DNA of 61,502 bases, the filler included, from Sphacelaria rigidula (Eukaryota): assembly GCA_964200075.2 (NCBI GenBank). It is 5 parts of 5 records of this genome, joined end to end, with 100 filler letters (N's around TTAATTAATTAA, not from the genome) between each part and the next. Parts side by side here need not be neighbours in the genome. Positions count along the whole stretch, not along the records: positions 36,963 to 49,182 come from CAXNAA020003993.1; 4 more parts are not named here. The stretch is one strand, 5' to 3'. The notes under the pieces were generated by a model that saw only the letters and a program-made list of their open reading frames with translations, was not told the DNA's origin and made no database searches. Of the stretch, positions 36,963-49,282 are shown piece after piece. Numbering within the stretch: the stretch's first letter is position 1; every line of letters starts with the position of its first letter. Both the position numbers and the translations under genes were made by a program.

Positions 36963-39900
36963 CCCAGGTAGTGTCGGACTTAAGAAGTAAAACAAAACTG
37001 TCCCTCACCGGCCACACCTCCTACTATGTCCCCTCGCTCGACTCTGTACACGAGTCACCCTACCCATCCAGGCGTCGGTCCTCAGGGATGATGAGTGTTA
37101 ATAGCAGCAAAATCCCTCCATTTTATTGAAAAGGAACCAACACTGGAACGTTTGGTTCCAGAGTTTGAGGATCGAAATATGATAAGTATCCGCTCCGCAC
37201 TCCGGAATAAAATAATCTCTACACTCGATATTGAAGTTCTTTCAGGCTGACCGGTTTTCGGTGGTACCGCGACTACCCAGCCCCAGGTTCTGATCCTTGG
37301 GTATTCTTGCTCAATTGAAGCATTTCCGCCCGTTCTCGTGAACGAATGAGAAGTGGTTTTCCGATTTTTAACGTATTCATTGCGCTGGAGCCGGAAACTT
37401 GTGTTTTTTTGGCCTAGTGATGGCCGATAGCACCCTCCTATTACATGAGGTTCTTACCCCGTACCACCCCGACAACACCATTCTATAAAGCTTGGAAATG
37501 GTACCAGTTGTAACTAGCCATTATGATTATATTGGTTATAATGGCAATGGTCATATGAAGAGAAATTATGGTTTCGAACCACTGTTTACCGTTACCGGCT
37601 CTATGAGCCCGAATTGAACGTATTTTTTAGCTTTTTGAAGCCGAATCACGTATAAACGTGCCTCCGGCGACTCCCCCTTCCTGGGGAGGGTTTCTTGGCT
37701 CGCGGCTTCGCCGCCCGATGACCAAACTGTTATGCACCGTTGGACTGGTTGATATCCGACCTACGGGTAACCATTTGACTGGTCGGTGGTTGGACAAACC
37801 ATTTCCGAGCTTTTCACAATATTTGTCGACGCTTGGGCTTTTGAGTGCTGAGGAAAAACCCAACTGAGCTTTGCATAGCACCGGGGGGGGGGCGGGGGGG
37901 AACCAGTCCCGATTGCTCTCGTGGAGATTTTCAAACCCTTACTTTTTGGTTGAATTTACTCATCGCACTCGAGCCAAAAAGTATGTCATTTGGACCAAAA
38001 ACGACCACAAAAAAGCAAGAAGCAAGAAGCAAGAAGCAAGAAGCAGTTTTTCATTCCCAAGTCACTTTTTTTTTCCTTGCCGCAAGTTTTTCGTCCCCTT
38101 CGGTTGAAAACCCGCTCCGACACTCGTCCTCAGGTTTGTATCCCTCCAAGTAACCTGCACGTCTCGTTTTCCATATTGCACGACTCGTCGGTTGTACGAG
38201 AAAGTTCGATGCAAGAACAACACGTGAAAAATGTTTTTGTGCGATGCCCGCGATATTTACCGTACCCTCGTTCGTGTTATCAAGAGCACTCAGTTGAGAT
38301 CATTCTCGTTACGCACTTCTTCCCCCCTCCTCCCCTTCCCCTTCCCCCCCCCCCCCGCCCCCATTCTCGAGAAGAAGTCATAGTCTCAACAAGTCAAAAA
38401 AATCCTTTGTTGTTCCTTCTCCTGTACCCGCCTCACAAATTGTCACAATATCAAAGATTAGATAAGCGCACTCGGGCACCCCGTTGAATGACTGTCATAT
38501 CTTCTCTTCTCTTTGCTGCTCGCGTCCTCAAGTTGTCCCCATACGACTTGAACCAGTTTCTTCTTGAAAGTAGAGTACCGTACGTGATGCTGGGATTGAA
38601 TTCAAACCGGTAATCCTCCCGCTGTCAACCCTTGTTGGATGTACTCGTGAGATCACCCGAGGCGCAACAGCTCCTGCTATAAGTCACTACTCAAGAGTAT
38701 CCTTTGGGTTCAAAACTCGGCCGAAGCAGCGAGTGCTCCTTGAGCTACCTAAAGAACAGGTCGCAAAAAGCGACTGTTGACTCAAGGGGTACCTGACGCA
38801 TGCAGTCCCAAAAATACTCGGGCTCGGACCTTCTTTCACCCTCTTCACCATCGCTGCGTAGTACACGATATACGATATACGTGACACAACATCACCTCCC
38901 AGAGTGATGGGTCAGGTTTCAGTCTGAGGCAACTTATCGTTTTGGGCCGTTATTCAGGGGGTGATGATCAATGTGCTCCCCTGAGGGACTGCTGGTGACA
39001 GCATGGTGCTTGAAGCAGTCGAGTACTCTCAGTCCTTTGACGGATGTTTATTCAGGGGGTGATATCCAGCGTACGAGTGTTGAACCTGTACTGTGTCACA
39101 TGCAGTACCCAGTTCATACTGATGCCGAACCCGTCATCTCAACATTAGGGTTTTTCCTAATCAATGGTCAGAGTTGTGTAATGTCACCACCATATTCATC
39201 TCTGTGTTGAATAGAGCTGAGCTGATTTTATTCGGAATATAGTTTTGTAAATGATCTGCATAATATCTTCATCGATGTGAAATACATTTTTTTTCTCATG
39301 CATGTCCGTTCAAATGATGGGATCGACTTTGTCGTAACGCTTTTCGGTTTCTCATTCTCTTTTTTCACGCTGGTCAGTAATTATTGCAATTCAGGCGCTC
39401 TCTCCTTCCTTCCGTTTTTTTTTTTCGCTTTCGACGTGTACCCAACTCGACGTATTCAGATCACGACATCCTTTACCGTCCAATATCATCACAGTTACTC
39501 TCCCCCCGAAAAAAAAACACGGGTGGTTTCACAGTCACGGGCATAGGGGAGAGAGTACCGCGTGCGATATACCGCATGAAACAAGCAGCAGGTTTGATTC
39601 TGAACGGGTGTACTCAGGCTTCTCCATGCCGTAGTCATAACACCATTGACTTCGCTTGAGTCTGGAGGGGCGCGGGGGAGGAAGAGGAGTCTCTACCTTT
39701 CCCAAATTTCAAAAAGGTTCGTATGGCCTTCGAAAAGTTTCCTGACTCCTCTTCTGCCTTGCAGGCGTGCAGTGAAACTTTGCCAAGCAGCGGAAAACCT
39801 CCCGAAAATATCATGAATCGTTCGAAAATCAACTCCATCTTGGCACGGCCAAGAATAAACAAGGACAGGAAGAAACAAACTTGGCCCCAATTTTCATCAT

Positions 39901-40149
39901 TCCAAGAGTCGGACGAATGAGTGATTCGTCTGAAAATTACTTGATTCTTGGTGTTATTGATCTAGGCACGTGGAATGGCGCAAACATTGCATGCAGACCT
40001 TTTAGGCCAGCGGTCAATTTTTTTCTCTCTTTCGAGCAATCAGGCCTGAAAAATCGTGGATTTGGTCATTCGAACTGTTCGATCATTCGTCCAAAGTGTG
40101 CATCATTCCGTGTGTTGTTGTCGTTGTTGTCGTTGTTTTTGTGTGTCAG

Positions 40150-43100
40150 TACGACCAGGTAATACTGCATAAGCAGCAGCGCGAACGTGAGCGTGTAACC
40201 GGTTATCATTTTGCCGAACCGGCCCAGCACGGAACCGGTTCGAATGATGGTGACTACGAACCGGTTCTGGCGTTCACCTCGACCAACGAGTACGATTCCG
40301 TGGAGTGGAGCATATGGCCCCACTTGGCGGAGCCGTACAGAAAGACGACGTTGACGGCCAAGACGACCGTCGGGGATCCCGCGAACGATAGATTCACTTG
40401 GTTGTTCCCGCAGGAAGAGGAGAAAACTTTGTTGGAGGGAAGGTAAGCATATATTTTTTTACTCTTGCCTTCGAACTGAGGAAACCTCACGCAACCAGTG
40501 ACCTCGCAAGTAGGTTTCGTCTGCGGAATACCCGGAGGCTCGGCCAAACCGCCTCGCGACAGTCATGTGGGGTAGGCGCCTCGACCATTCGAAAGTTTTT
40601 GTCAAGGCAAGTGTAAGGGGTCGGACCCACTATAACCCCGTGTCAACCTGGCACAGTGCACGCGCCGCCATACTCCTAATGAGCTCCGGCCCTATTTGGG
40701 CGCACAGTATATGAGACACTTTCTACGATACCTCCCCCTTCAAAAAAAAAAGAAAAAAACAGTCAAAAGTTGTCACGAAAACAAAAATCATGAAGCTTGT
40801 GATGTTTGAGTACAGGCTGTGCATGAAGTGTCTCATAGGGGCGATATTGGCGAGAACGAACCCAAGCGTGGGAATTCCCAGTTGCTCGTTGTGCTCGGCT
40901 ATTTTGACTTCAATTTACGTGACGATTTTGCCTCCCCGAACCAGGCACTTTCGGGGGGGGGGAGGGGGGGGTGCTATCGTTGAAAGTGTCATGTGCACGA
41001 AAAAGGACGCTATCGATCCATCGATGCCATCCGTCAAGACAAGCAGATCCTCTTTTGTTGTTCTTTGAACCCTCTTTTCACCGCCCGGGTGGATGTTGTT
41101 TTGACCGGCTCATCATCGTTTTTTGTTTGTATTTTCGTCTTTCTTGTCACTATCCACAGGGAGGTACAACACGTGTTTACCGTCGTGGGAAGGAAGGAGG
41201 TCGTTCTGACGCAGACGGTGGCGGCCACGGGCAGAAGTTACCATTTGCACGGATACGTTATGGTCAAGGTGAAGGAAAATTGATCACGACAACGAAGTCA
41301 CAGACGAGCGTGCTTCATTCATTTTCAGTCCTACAACGTGAAATCGTTCCATCGAGTTTTACCCCGATTTGGAGCCCCGAACTCACGGTTGAAAATGTAC
41401 TTGATTTGAGTGTGCACATCGATATTCCCATCTACAGTGGGACGGATAGTCCCGAGGGTATCCGCGTTTCAGGCCAGGTTCCTCACTAGACCCCTTATTC
41501 ATCCACCGTGCTCCAGTCACCCCTCTTTTCCTCTCCCCACTGGTGATCGATCGGCTTGTCCTACTCCCCGTCCCGTACGCTGTGCCTCTCCCTTTTTTTT
41601 TTGCGTGGTAGTACGTGCGGAGAGAAATTCGACAGTTGAACGATGCCGATAGGGAGGCGTTTTTCGACACGATGGAAACGTTGTACAGGCTGCCCACCAA
41701 GGAGGGGTACCGGCTGTACGGCGAACACTACAAGGTGAGAGACAATTGAACGTTGAGAGTGGGGCCGGTTAGGACGTGCGTCATGATGTGGCCTTGGGAT
41801 AGGGGTGTCCGCTGCGCCCCGGTGGTGCAATGGTGCGACTGTTGTCCATTAGGGTGGAGAGAACGAGGGTTCCATTGCGTTTGTTTTTTCGTAGTGTGTG
41901 ATTTCCACCGTGGGAAGCGTGAGAACGTGAGTAAGCAAAAAGTAGTCGACTGAGTTGACGCCGTGCGGGAGTGCTGATACAACAGTCATGACTCAATCCG
42001 CGAGGCAAATATGCCAGATGTGTACAGGGGGAGAGATGGGTTGATCCCTTGAGACCACGGACTCATCCCGAGGAAGGGAAGGGTTCAAAGTGCGACAGGT
42101 TGATAAAAATAAAAGAAGGGGAAGGGACCTACAGCGTACGTAATGAGGTTGGGCATTGTTACGTACATCGATGTTCGCCACACTTCAGCCGATTATTTGT
42201 GCCCCATATTGATGAGTTTCAGAGCGGCGTCGGGATTATTTTCGTACAAGACATTCTTGGACCGGAGAGTCCGTTCGAAAGAAAGACCTGGAAAGGGTCC
42301 ACCGTCGACCGGGTATAAGTGAAATGAAAGATGGTATTTTGAGTCATTCAGGACTCTACTGAGTCTGGAGCATATGCATCGTATTTTGGAATTCAGTAGG
42401 CGGGAATGTATTACTGTCCATTCAATGTGTGCGTTCCAATAATGTGAGGAAAAATACTAAAAGGAAGCAATGCTATGGTAAGGGCTCCTAACGATTCTAG
42501 ATGCCCAAGCATATGGGGCAGGGCATACACGCTTGCATTTTTTTTCGGGATGTCCCCAGCAGACTGGAAGAGTAATTCTGCTGTACTTTCGCATGTTTCA
42601 TAAGGCGTGTTTTGGATGAGATGACGAGCTCCTAGCGATTCCAAGCCCAGGAAATATTTGTGCACACCTACCGTAGCATCACTCAAGGTGTAAAGGTGTA
42701 GTGCCATGTGTCATCGATAATCTGTTTTTTGTGTAAATCAGTCCTTCACCATGTACACTGTCGCGGATATTTGAAATGCGACGGAGTCGTCTCTTCTTGC
42801 AAGTGTTACCCGCCTGTCCCTCCCCCCCTTGAGTGCCCACGGTGCTCCGTCTCGAAAAGATGCATGGTTGGTGGTCAAACGACCGGGGCAAGCACCAAAT
42901 GGGTAACCTCCCCTCCCCCGCGAACGCCCAAATGTTGGAGGTGTCTGTAATCGGAGTTGGAACTGGAGCCCCGTCTCGAATACACGCGTAGTGAATGTTC
43001 GAGTAATGAAGGCAAGTATCAAATAAGTAGAGTTTCCCCCCCTTCCCTCTTGGCATCAATCTTAACTTGTGTTTCATATCCGTCTCTGTTGTTCATGGAC

Positions 43101-46100
43101 GATTTTCATGCTGCGAACATCAGGGAATCGATTATTTTGTACAGCTGCACTTGGACGGCGCTGGCATCAAGGACTGCGACCATTGGCACGACGATGCGGG
43201 AATCATGACCCATCACATCGGATACACCCTGCAGTTCGAGCAAGCCCTGCAAGTCGTCGATCCTTCCATCGCCATCCCTTACTGGGAGTACACCATCGAA
43301 GGTCGGTATTGATGAGGTGTCATACTCCAATGTGTTGACACCCTTGTGGGTTCGTCAACATACTCCAATGTGTTACCTCTATATAGTGGGTGCACCATAC
43401 CCTCATTGCGTCGACACTCTCATGGATAGTGGGTTTTATCTTCCCTCCACTGTGTCATGCTTCTCATACCGTATCTTACGGTGTTTTGAGAGCTTTTCGT
43501 CGCGTGGGGCTTTCGACATGAGACGCATTGCTTCCGTATGTCGCTGAGGTCTTGAGTCTTACTCTTTCACCTCTTTTTCCTGACAACCCGGTATTTTGAC
43601 TCGTGTACTGGGGCTGAAAGTTGAAATGTTCCGCACCCTGGAGATTACATGATCAATAGCTGCACTGGACAACAAATGCACTGCGTCAAGTTTGGCTCCA
43701 TCGTAACTAACGACCGTGTGAAGTCCACGATGTGGAAATTTTTGCCGCATTTCTCCGTATCCCTGGTGTACTACTGCGTGCGATGCTCTTCACGTTAAGT
43801 ACGCTGTTTGGAAACTTGCTCGAGAAATGTAGCGCAACATTCCGCCGACAGGAAGGACCATGGCAATCGATGCCTGCGCTGACTTGAATCTCTCTCTCTC
43901 CCTCTCTCTCTCTATATATATATATATATATGTTCTGTCCTTTGTATCCGCTTTTTTGAGGGCAAACCAAATCCTTCGCACTTTGCTCGCTTTTTTCATG
44001 AACCACTTGAATTCGAACATGGCCCCTGAGATGATGAATCGACCGTCTGGACTTCTCGCAAATATGTTCCGCTTGCTTTTTTTCACGTAAATTTTTAATT
44101 TATATTATCGTTTTTTTTTTTCATGATTTCGATAAGTTCAGTTTTGTTGAGCGTATAGTAGTTGTTTTGTTTTGTTTTGTTTCATTTTATTGAGCATTGC
44201 TTCCGAATTTAGTTTAGTTTGGTTTGGTTCCGATTAGTTTCAGTCAGATCAGCTATTTTCATACCGTTTCATTTCATTCATACACGAAGCGAGTTTGTCG
44301 TGTTGGTCACGTATTGAATGAAATCTCAAGCAGTTTGATTTCATCAACATTCAAGATGAAGCTCCTCGCTCGCCGCTTGCATGAGGCCCGAGTCTTTTCA
44401 TCTTTTTTCCCCGTTGGAAAATGTGCGGCGGATAGACCTTCTCTCCGTACTGTAGACTCTTTCGGGCCAAAAACATGTTGCTTCTGGGGCTCAAAGAACC
44501 GACGGGGCAAAGGCGTAGCGGCGGAAACTTGTTTGTACTTGATACATTCATTTACCTTCTCAGAAGGACACTTTCTACGATAGCCCCCCCCCCCCCCCCC
44601 CCTTCAAAAAAACCCCAAAGTGTCATAAAAAAAAATGGGTAAAAACGAAAAAGATATTTGGGGTATGGTGTCAATAACACCTCATATGGGCGACATAGGC
44701 AAAAAGCAATCCAAGTGTTGGAATTTCCCAGCTGCTCGTTGTACTCGGCTTCTTCCATTTCGATTCACGTGAAGATTTTGCCTCCCCAAGCCGGGCCCTT
44801 TCTTTGGGGGGGGGGGGGGGGGGGGGGTTTTGGGTGAAAGTGTTGGGGGGGGGGGGGGGAAAGGGGGGGGCATTTTGAAAGTGAGAAAATACNNNNNNNN
44901 NNTCTTTGTTTGTTGGTGGGTGGGGGCGGCCGGGGGCGGGGTGTGTGTGGGGGGGGGGGGGGGGGGGGGGGGGGTGTTATCGTTGAAAGTGTTGATGGTT
45001 GGAGGATGAAAGAGGTGGACATTTCACATGTGAGCAAATTCAACTCTGCCGCATGTTTTCGATACCAAAATAAAAGTGATGAGATACGGCCTGGAAGTGC
45101 CTACCGAGCATACAAAGCATCAATCGATAATTGGCCGGCCTGTTGCCTACCGGCAACGCAAGACAGTATCCCATACCCTTGTCGGCCTGTATAATGCAGT
45201 GCAGAGCATGTCGTTATCCCACCCACATGAACCCCAAACCACCACCTCTTGTTGTTCCGAGGTGATGCTTCCTTCGAGAGCGTGCATGTATACCATGAAA
45301 ACAACACCGGTAGTGAGCATGTCATTACTACACGTCTCGTGAACTAGTTTAGCGCGTTTCTCCACAGCTTCTCGGTACTGTTGTTGTCTGTTCCAAATTG
45401 CCGAGTCTTCACGCATGGCCGTGAACTTGAGACGTGTTGAGTCAAAACACTCATGTTCGGTGTCGAGAAGGGTACGTGGTCAACAGTCGAACGGCTGAGA
45501 CCATCTTTTATGGCAAGCAATCTCGATTAGTACAAATATGAGGATTTTCAGTCCGTCTGTAGGCGATTTTCTCCCGTTGGTTGGTTTTTGGATCCCAGTC
45601 TGTTGGGCCATATTTTTTGCAAAAAATCGGAGGAGATGCGGGAGTCTCCCGACTCGAGCAGAAATGTGATGTATCAAAAAGTAGACGTTCAGAGAATCGG
45701 AGAAATGGTCTGGTTTGCTCACAGCTACTGTAGCTGAAAAACATTGCCCAACGGACTGGCGTCTGAAAAATCAATCCACGGGGGCTGAAATCCTCATATT
45801 TGTACAAATCGAGATTGGTTGCCATAAGAGATGGTTTTCACGTAAGAAACAAATGGGTACGCCCCCCCCCCCCTCCCCTTGTCCCCATGATTTTGACCCG
45901 CTCGTCCCTAGCTCTGCTTGCGGCAACCCAAATGTCACATGACCTTGCTGAGCTGTTGCGATGACCAACTTGATGGACCTGTGTCGTCTCAAAATGTATA
46001 AATGATTCGTATTTTAGTTGCGGACGGTCTCGAGAGCTACGGAGACTCGGTGCTATTCGACGACAATTGGTTCGGAGAAGCCTCACCTTCGAACGATCTA

Positions 46101-47673
46101 CACACGGTCACGAAGGGACGCTGGGCGTACCTATCCATCATGAAGGTGACCAACCGACTGACTGACTGACTTGACAGCGTCCGCCTGCGCAGGTTGGCTT
46201 CAGAAGATGACCCATTTTTGACCACGAACTTTGTTCGTGTGGATCTTCAAGAGCGTACGTCATGAGGGAGCTTCATGCTGATCAAAGTAGTCCCGGAATG
46301 CCATCTCTCGACACCACTCTCGGGGGCCCATACTTTACCCAGTACATTTTTTTTTGTCTACTGCAGCCTCTGACCATAGATTGTTCGGGGTGCGCAATAT
46401 TTGGGCCACTCTGTCGCTGCTCGCTCCTTCGCCCTCTTATTGCCCCCATCCCTAGCCCCATAGATCCTTCATCGCCGTTCCCTCTGTGTCCTGGCCGCGT
46501 ATCTGCCTTGAACAGGAAGCCTGGGACTACGTGCACAATCCCTACGGCCTGCTGCGGACTCCGTGGAATTTGGACCCCACCCCCTACGTCACGCGGTTTA
46601 ACCTCACGAGCGCAAATGTACGTTTTTTCGAGTCGGATCAAAGCCGAATAGTGATAACATTAGGGGATATGACCTCAGGTCACATAAGTCACATGTAAAG
46701 AGTCGATATATGTGTACGGTTGGTGGTACATGTGCACTTGAATTTGGTCTCTCGTCGGCACTGCTCGTTGGTGTTGGTGTTGGGTGCGGGAGCTGCTCAT
46801 GCAGATGTTGATGTTGACGTTGGCGTTGACGTTGATCTGCGGAAAATGTGTTCATCAGGTGATGTCGTTGGTACGGTCGTCGGTGTTGACTGGATGACGT
46901 CACGGTTAGGACGAATCGTCACGGGTTCGAATCCCCAAATCCACGATTTCTTCGGTCTGATTGCCCCAAAGGGAGAAGAAAGTTGACCACTGGTCCAAGG
47001 GGTATCCACGCAAATTTTGCGCCATTTCACGTGTCTGGGCTGCGTTTATGTACCTGGGTTGCAACGCTAAAAACAAAGCCTAGGGATGGATTGATTCGTA
47101 CGATTCGAATCAAGTACACTAAAACCAAGTAATTTTCCAGACGGGTCATTGATTTGTTCGATCCTTGGATGACTTGAAATTTCAAAACAAATATTTTCTT
47201 CATCCTCTCCGATTTTTTGTCTTCTAGGTAGCTACAGACATGGTGGATTGTAGCATATACCATGCCTGCTTCGCCGAGTCGACCTTGAGCAAGATCAACA
47301 ACTGCCTTAACGGAGGCACCCACGGCCCCGTACACATCCTCGTCGGCGGAGAGTGGGACGATCCGGAGCAAGAATTCATCTCCAAAGTTGGTGAGATTGA
47401 ATCCTCGGGTGCCACACACGTACCTCTTTTCTCGCATTAGTATGACCTCTTCTGTTACGATGTGTCTATTGGAAGGGCCCTTCCAACCGCAGGCCATTAC
47501 ACCCCTCACCCTTGATCCCCTTGTGGATCCTCGAGAGTCAGATTCCGAGGGTACTATACATTTTCACAAATATCCAAATGTAGGAAATACCCTACCCAAC
47601 ACACCCTTGTAGGTCTCGAATTTTTGCATGTTTTCCCTCAGACTGTACGCCAAGTATGAACCAAATCACGCGT

Positions 47674-47747
<74 letters not shown>

Positions 47748-48906
47748 GGACGTGCTTGCGGACAGGCTACTACGAAAGTACTCCTCTTGTGACGAAGTAT
47801 CTGTGGAGGAAGGGCTATTTGCGCGTGCCGGAGACGTGCGGAGCTTCTGACAAGGAAGGGGCGAACGCCGAAAACACCGATCTGACCGGTTGTCGCACCA
47901 GTTGTCCCGCGGAATTTTACGAAAACCTGGGCATGACGCCATATGACGTGCTCGTGGATGTGCACGCGATGTACTGGGTGGCCGTTTTCACCCACGGCGT
48001 CATCGTGAGTTTGTTGCTGTGGTTTTTGTTGTTGGTGCTGTTTACTGTTGTGCCTTCACTTGTTATTCTTCTTGTGTTACATGGTTTCTTCAATTTGGTT
48101 GGTTTTGCAGATTGGCCATATCTTGTCCGTCTTCGTCGAGTAATGGTTACGGCTTTGTCTGTAACCTGTGTTGTACAATTCAGCAGATTGATGACAGCTT
48201 TCATCGTTGCCTTCTTGTCCGTGGCTTTGTGTTCATGAAATGTCCCGTTGCGATTGTCGTGCAAAGGCGGAGAGGGTTCAGCTGGGCAGTGACTTGCTAC
48301 AACAGTTATTTTATTATCTTATTATCTTATTATCTTATTATCTTATTATCTTATTATCTTATTATCTTATTATCTTATTATCTTATTATCTTATTATCTT
48401 ATTACTTTATTACTTCATTACTTTATTACTTTATTATTCTACCATTTCATCATTTTATCTTTCATCTTTCATCTTTCATCTTTTATTATTTTATTTCTTT
48501 CATTATTTCATTATTTCATTATTTCATTGTTGTCTCGACCGTGGGTTGATAGCGGAAGAGCATGTGCTCCGGTAACCCGCTCCTGCTCTCGCATGACGAC
48601 GATACTATGTTGACATGGATGATCGAACCCCGCGAAGCGAAACATTTGTTTTAAAAAATCACGAATTCCTGCTGGGCATGCGACATCTCGATGCATTTGA
48701 ATTGGCGTGTTGGAGGTGTCACCACCCCCTGATACTTTTTGTTCATACTGCTATTTTTTGCTCTTGTTTATCAAATCTTGGAATCTCCGCCGTCTGCAGC
48801 GACATGACAAGGTCTCTGGTAAGTATTACGTGGCTGGGCACAAGGATGATGAGCCGTTCCTATCGGCCTTCTGGGAGAAGATGCTCCATTCCTACTGTGA
48901 CCCAGG
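40150..48906 (+). CDS. Tyrosinase-like (type-3 dicopper) protein with N-terminal PKD-like domain; partial at both ends
   Basis: Nine GT/AG exons with mutually compatible phases: 40150-40442, 41160-41268, 41612-41734, 43124-43301, 46018-46145, 46516-46617, 47228-47390, 47766-48004, 48800-48906. Motifs: YVRREIRQL; CuA QLH..CDHWH..THH..FEQAL..DPSIAIPYWEYT; NPYGLLRTPWN; CuB GTHGPVHILVGG. Confidence 0.92.
40715..40990. mobile_element. MITE with TIR GACACTTTCTACGATA(G)C followed by internal C/G tracts
   Basis: GACACTTTCTACGATA at 40715 and TATCGTTGAAAGTGTC ending at 40990. Other copies at 44567-44992, 61440-61502 and 6855-7030. Confidence 0.88.
42470..42690. repeat. Interspersed repeat shared with 56415-56640
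   Basis: GGGCTCCT.ACGATTCT.GATGC.CAAG.ATATGG..GTGTTTTGGATGAGAT..CGTAGCATCACT occurs at both loci. Confidence 0.7.
44567..44992. mobile_element. Second GACACTTTC-TIR MITE copy; poorly assembled, with a 10-N gap at 44893-44902
   Basis: Same TIRs and interior as 40715-40990. Confidence 0.85.
45496..45840. mobile_element. MITE with ~55-60 bp terminal inverted repeats
   Basis: ACCATCTTTTATGGCAAGCAATCTCGATTAGTACAAATATGAGGATTTTCAG versus CTGAAATCCTCATATTTGTACAAATCGAGATTGGTTGCCATAAGAGATGGT. Confidence 0.85.
46901..47167. mobile_element. Second copy of the CA..TG MITE
   Basis: Aligns to 23432-23690. Flanks GATGACGT / GATGACTT give an 8-bp TSD with one mismatch. Confidence 0.85.
47676..47742. repeat. 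(CA)n microsatellite
   Basis: Perfect CA run ending about 25 bp upstream of a tyrosinase acceptor site. Confidence 0.97.
48311..48405. repeat. (TTATTATC)n octamer tandem repeat
   Basis: About 11 perfect units followed by a degenerate AT-rich tail. Confidence 0.95.
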
Positions 48907-49182
48907 GTGAGTCCTGGAAAAAGACTTATAGTGCCGAGAAACAAACTCGTAAAATATGATATTGAGTTTAGGGGGTTACCCGCGGAACGTGAGGATGTTT
49001 TGTTCTTTCATTGTTTGATTTACCCGCCGTCATTTTTGTTTTGCTGGGAACTGAAGCGCGTTGAACTGTTTTTGCTTTGGGGGACATTCCCCCCCTCCCC
49101 CCCCCCTGATGGCTATACTAGGGGATAGATGGTGGCCAGAGACGGCGAAACAGGACGGGGATGAGATATGTAAGAGGTTCTT

Positions 49183-49282
49183 NNNNNNNNNNNNNNNNNN
49201 NNNNNNNNNNNNNNNNNNNNNNNNNNTTAATTAATTAANNNNNNNNNNNNNNNNNNNNNNNNNNNNNNNNNNNNNNNNNNNN
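49183..49282. other. Artificial contig linker
   Basis: N44-TTAATTAATTAA-N44. Confidence 0.98.

Noticed and set aside
38633..39144. Solo LTR (TGTTG...CAACA)
   Set aside because: No TSD, partner or PPT/PBS; the termini alone are insufficient.
42225..42275. Duplicated or alternative copy of the CuA exon start (GATTATTTT.GTACA..CTTGGAC)
   Set aside because: The similarity is short and gapped and retains no His motifs; likely chance.
47592..48575. Poly-HT/VC and YYLIILLS ORFs
   Set aside because: These are translations of microsatellites.
12266..49238. TTAATTAATTAA recurring every ~12.32 kb as a periodic genomic signal
   Set aside because: Always embedded in N44 blocks; it is an assembly linker.
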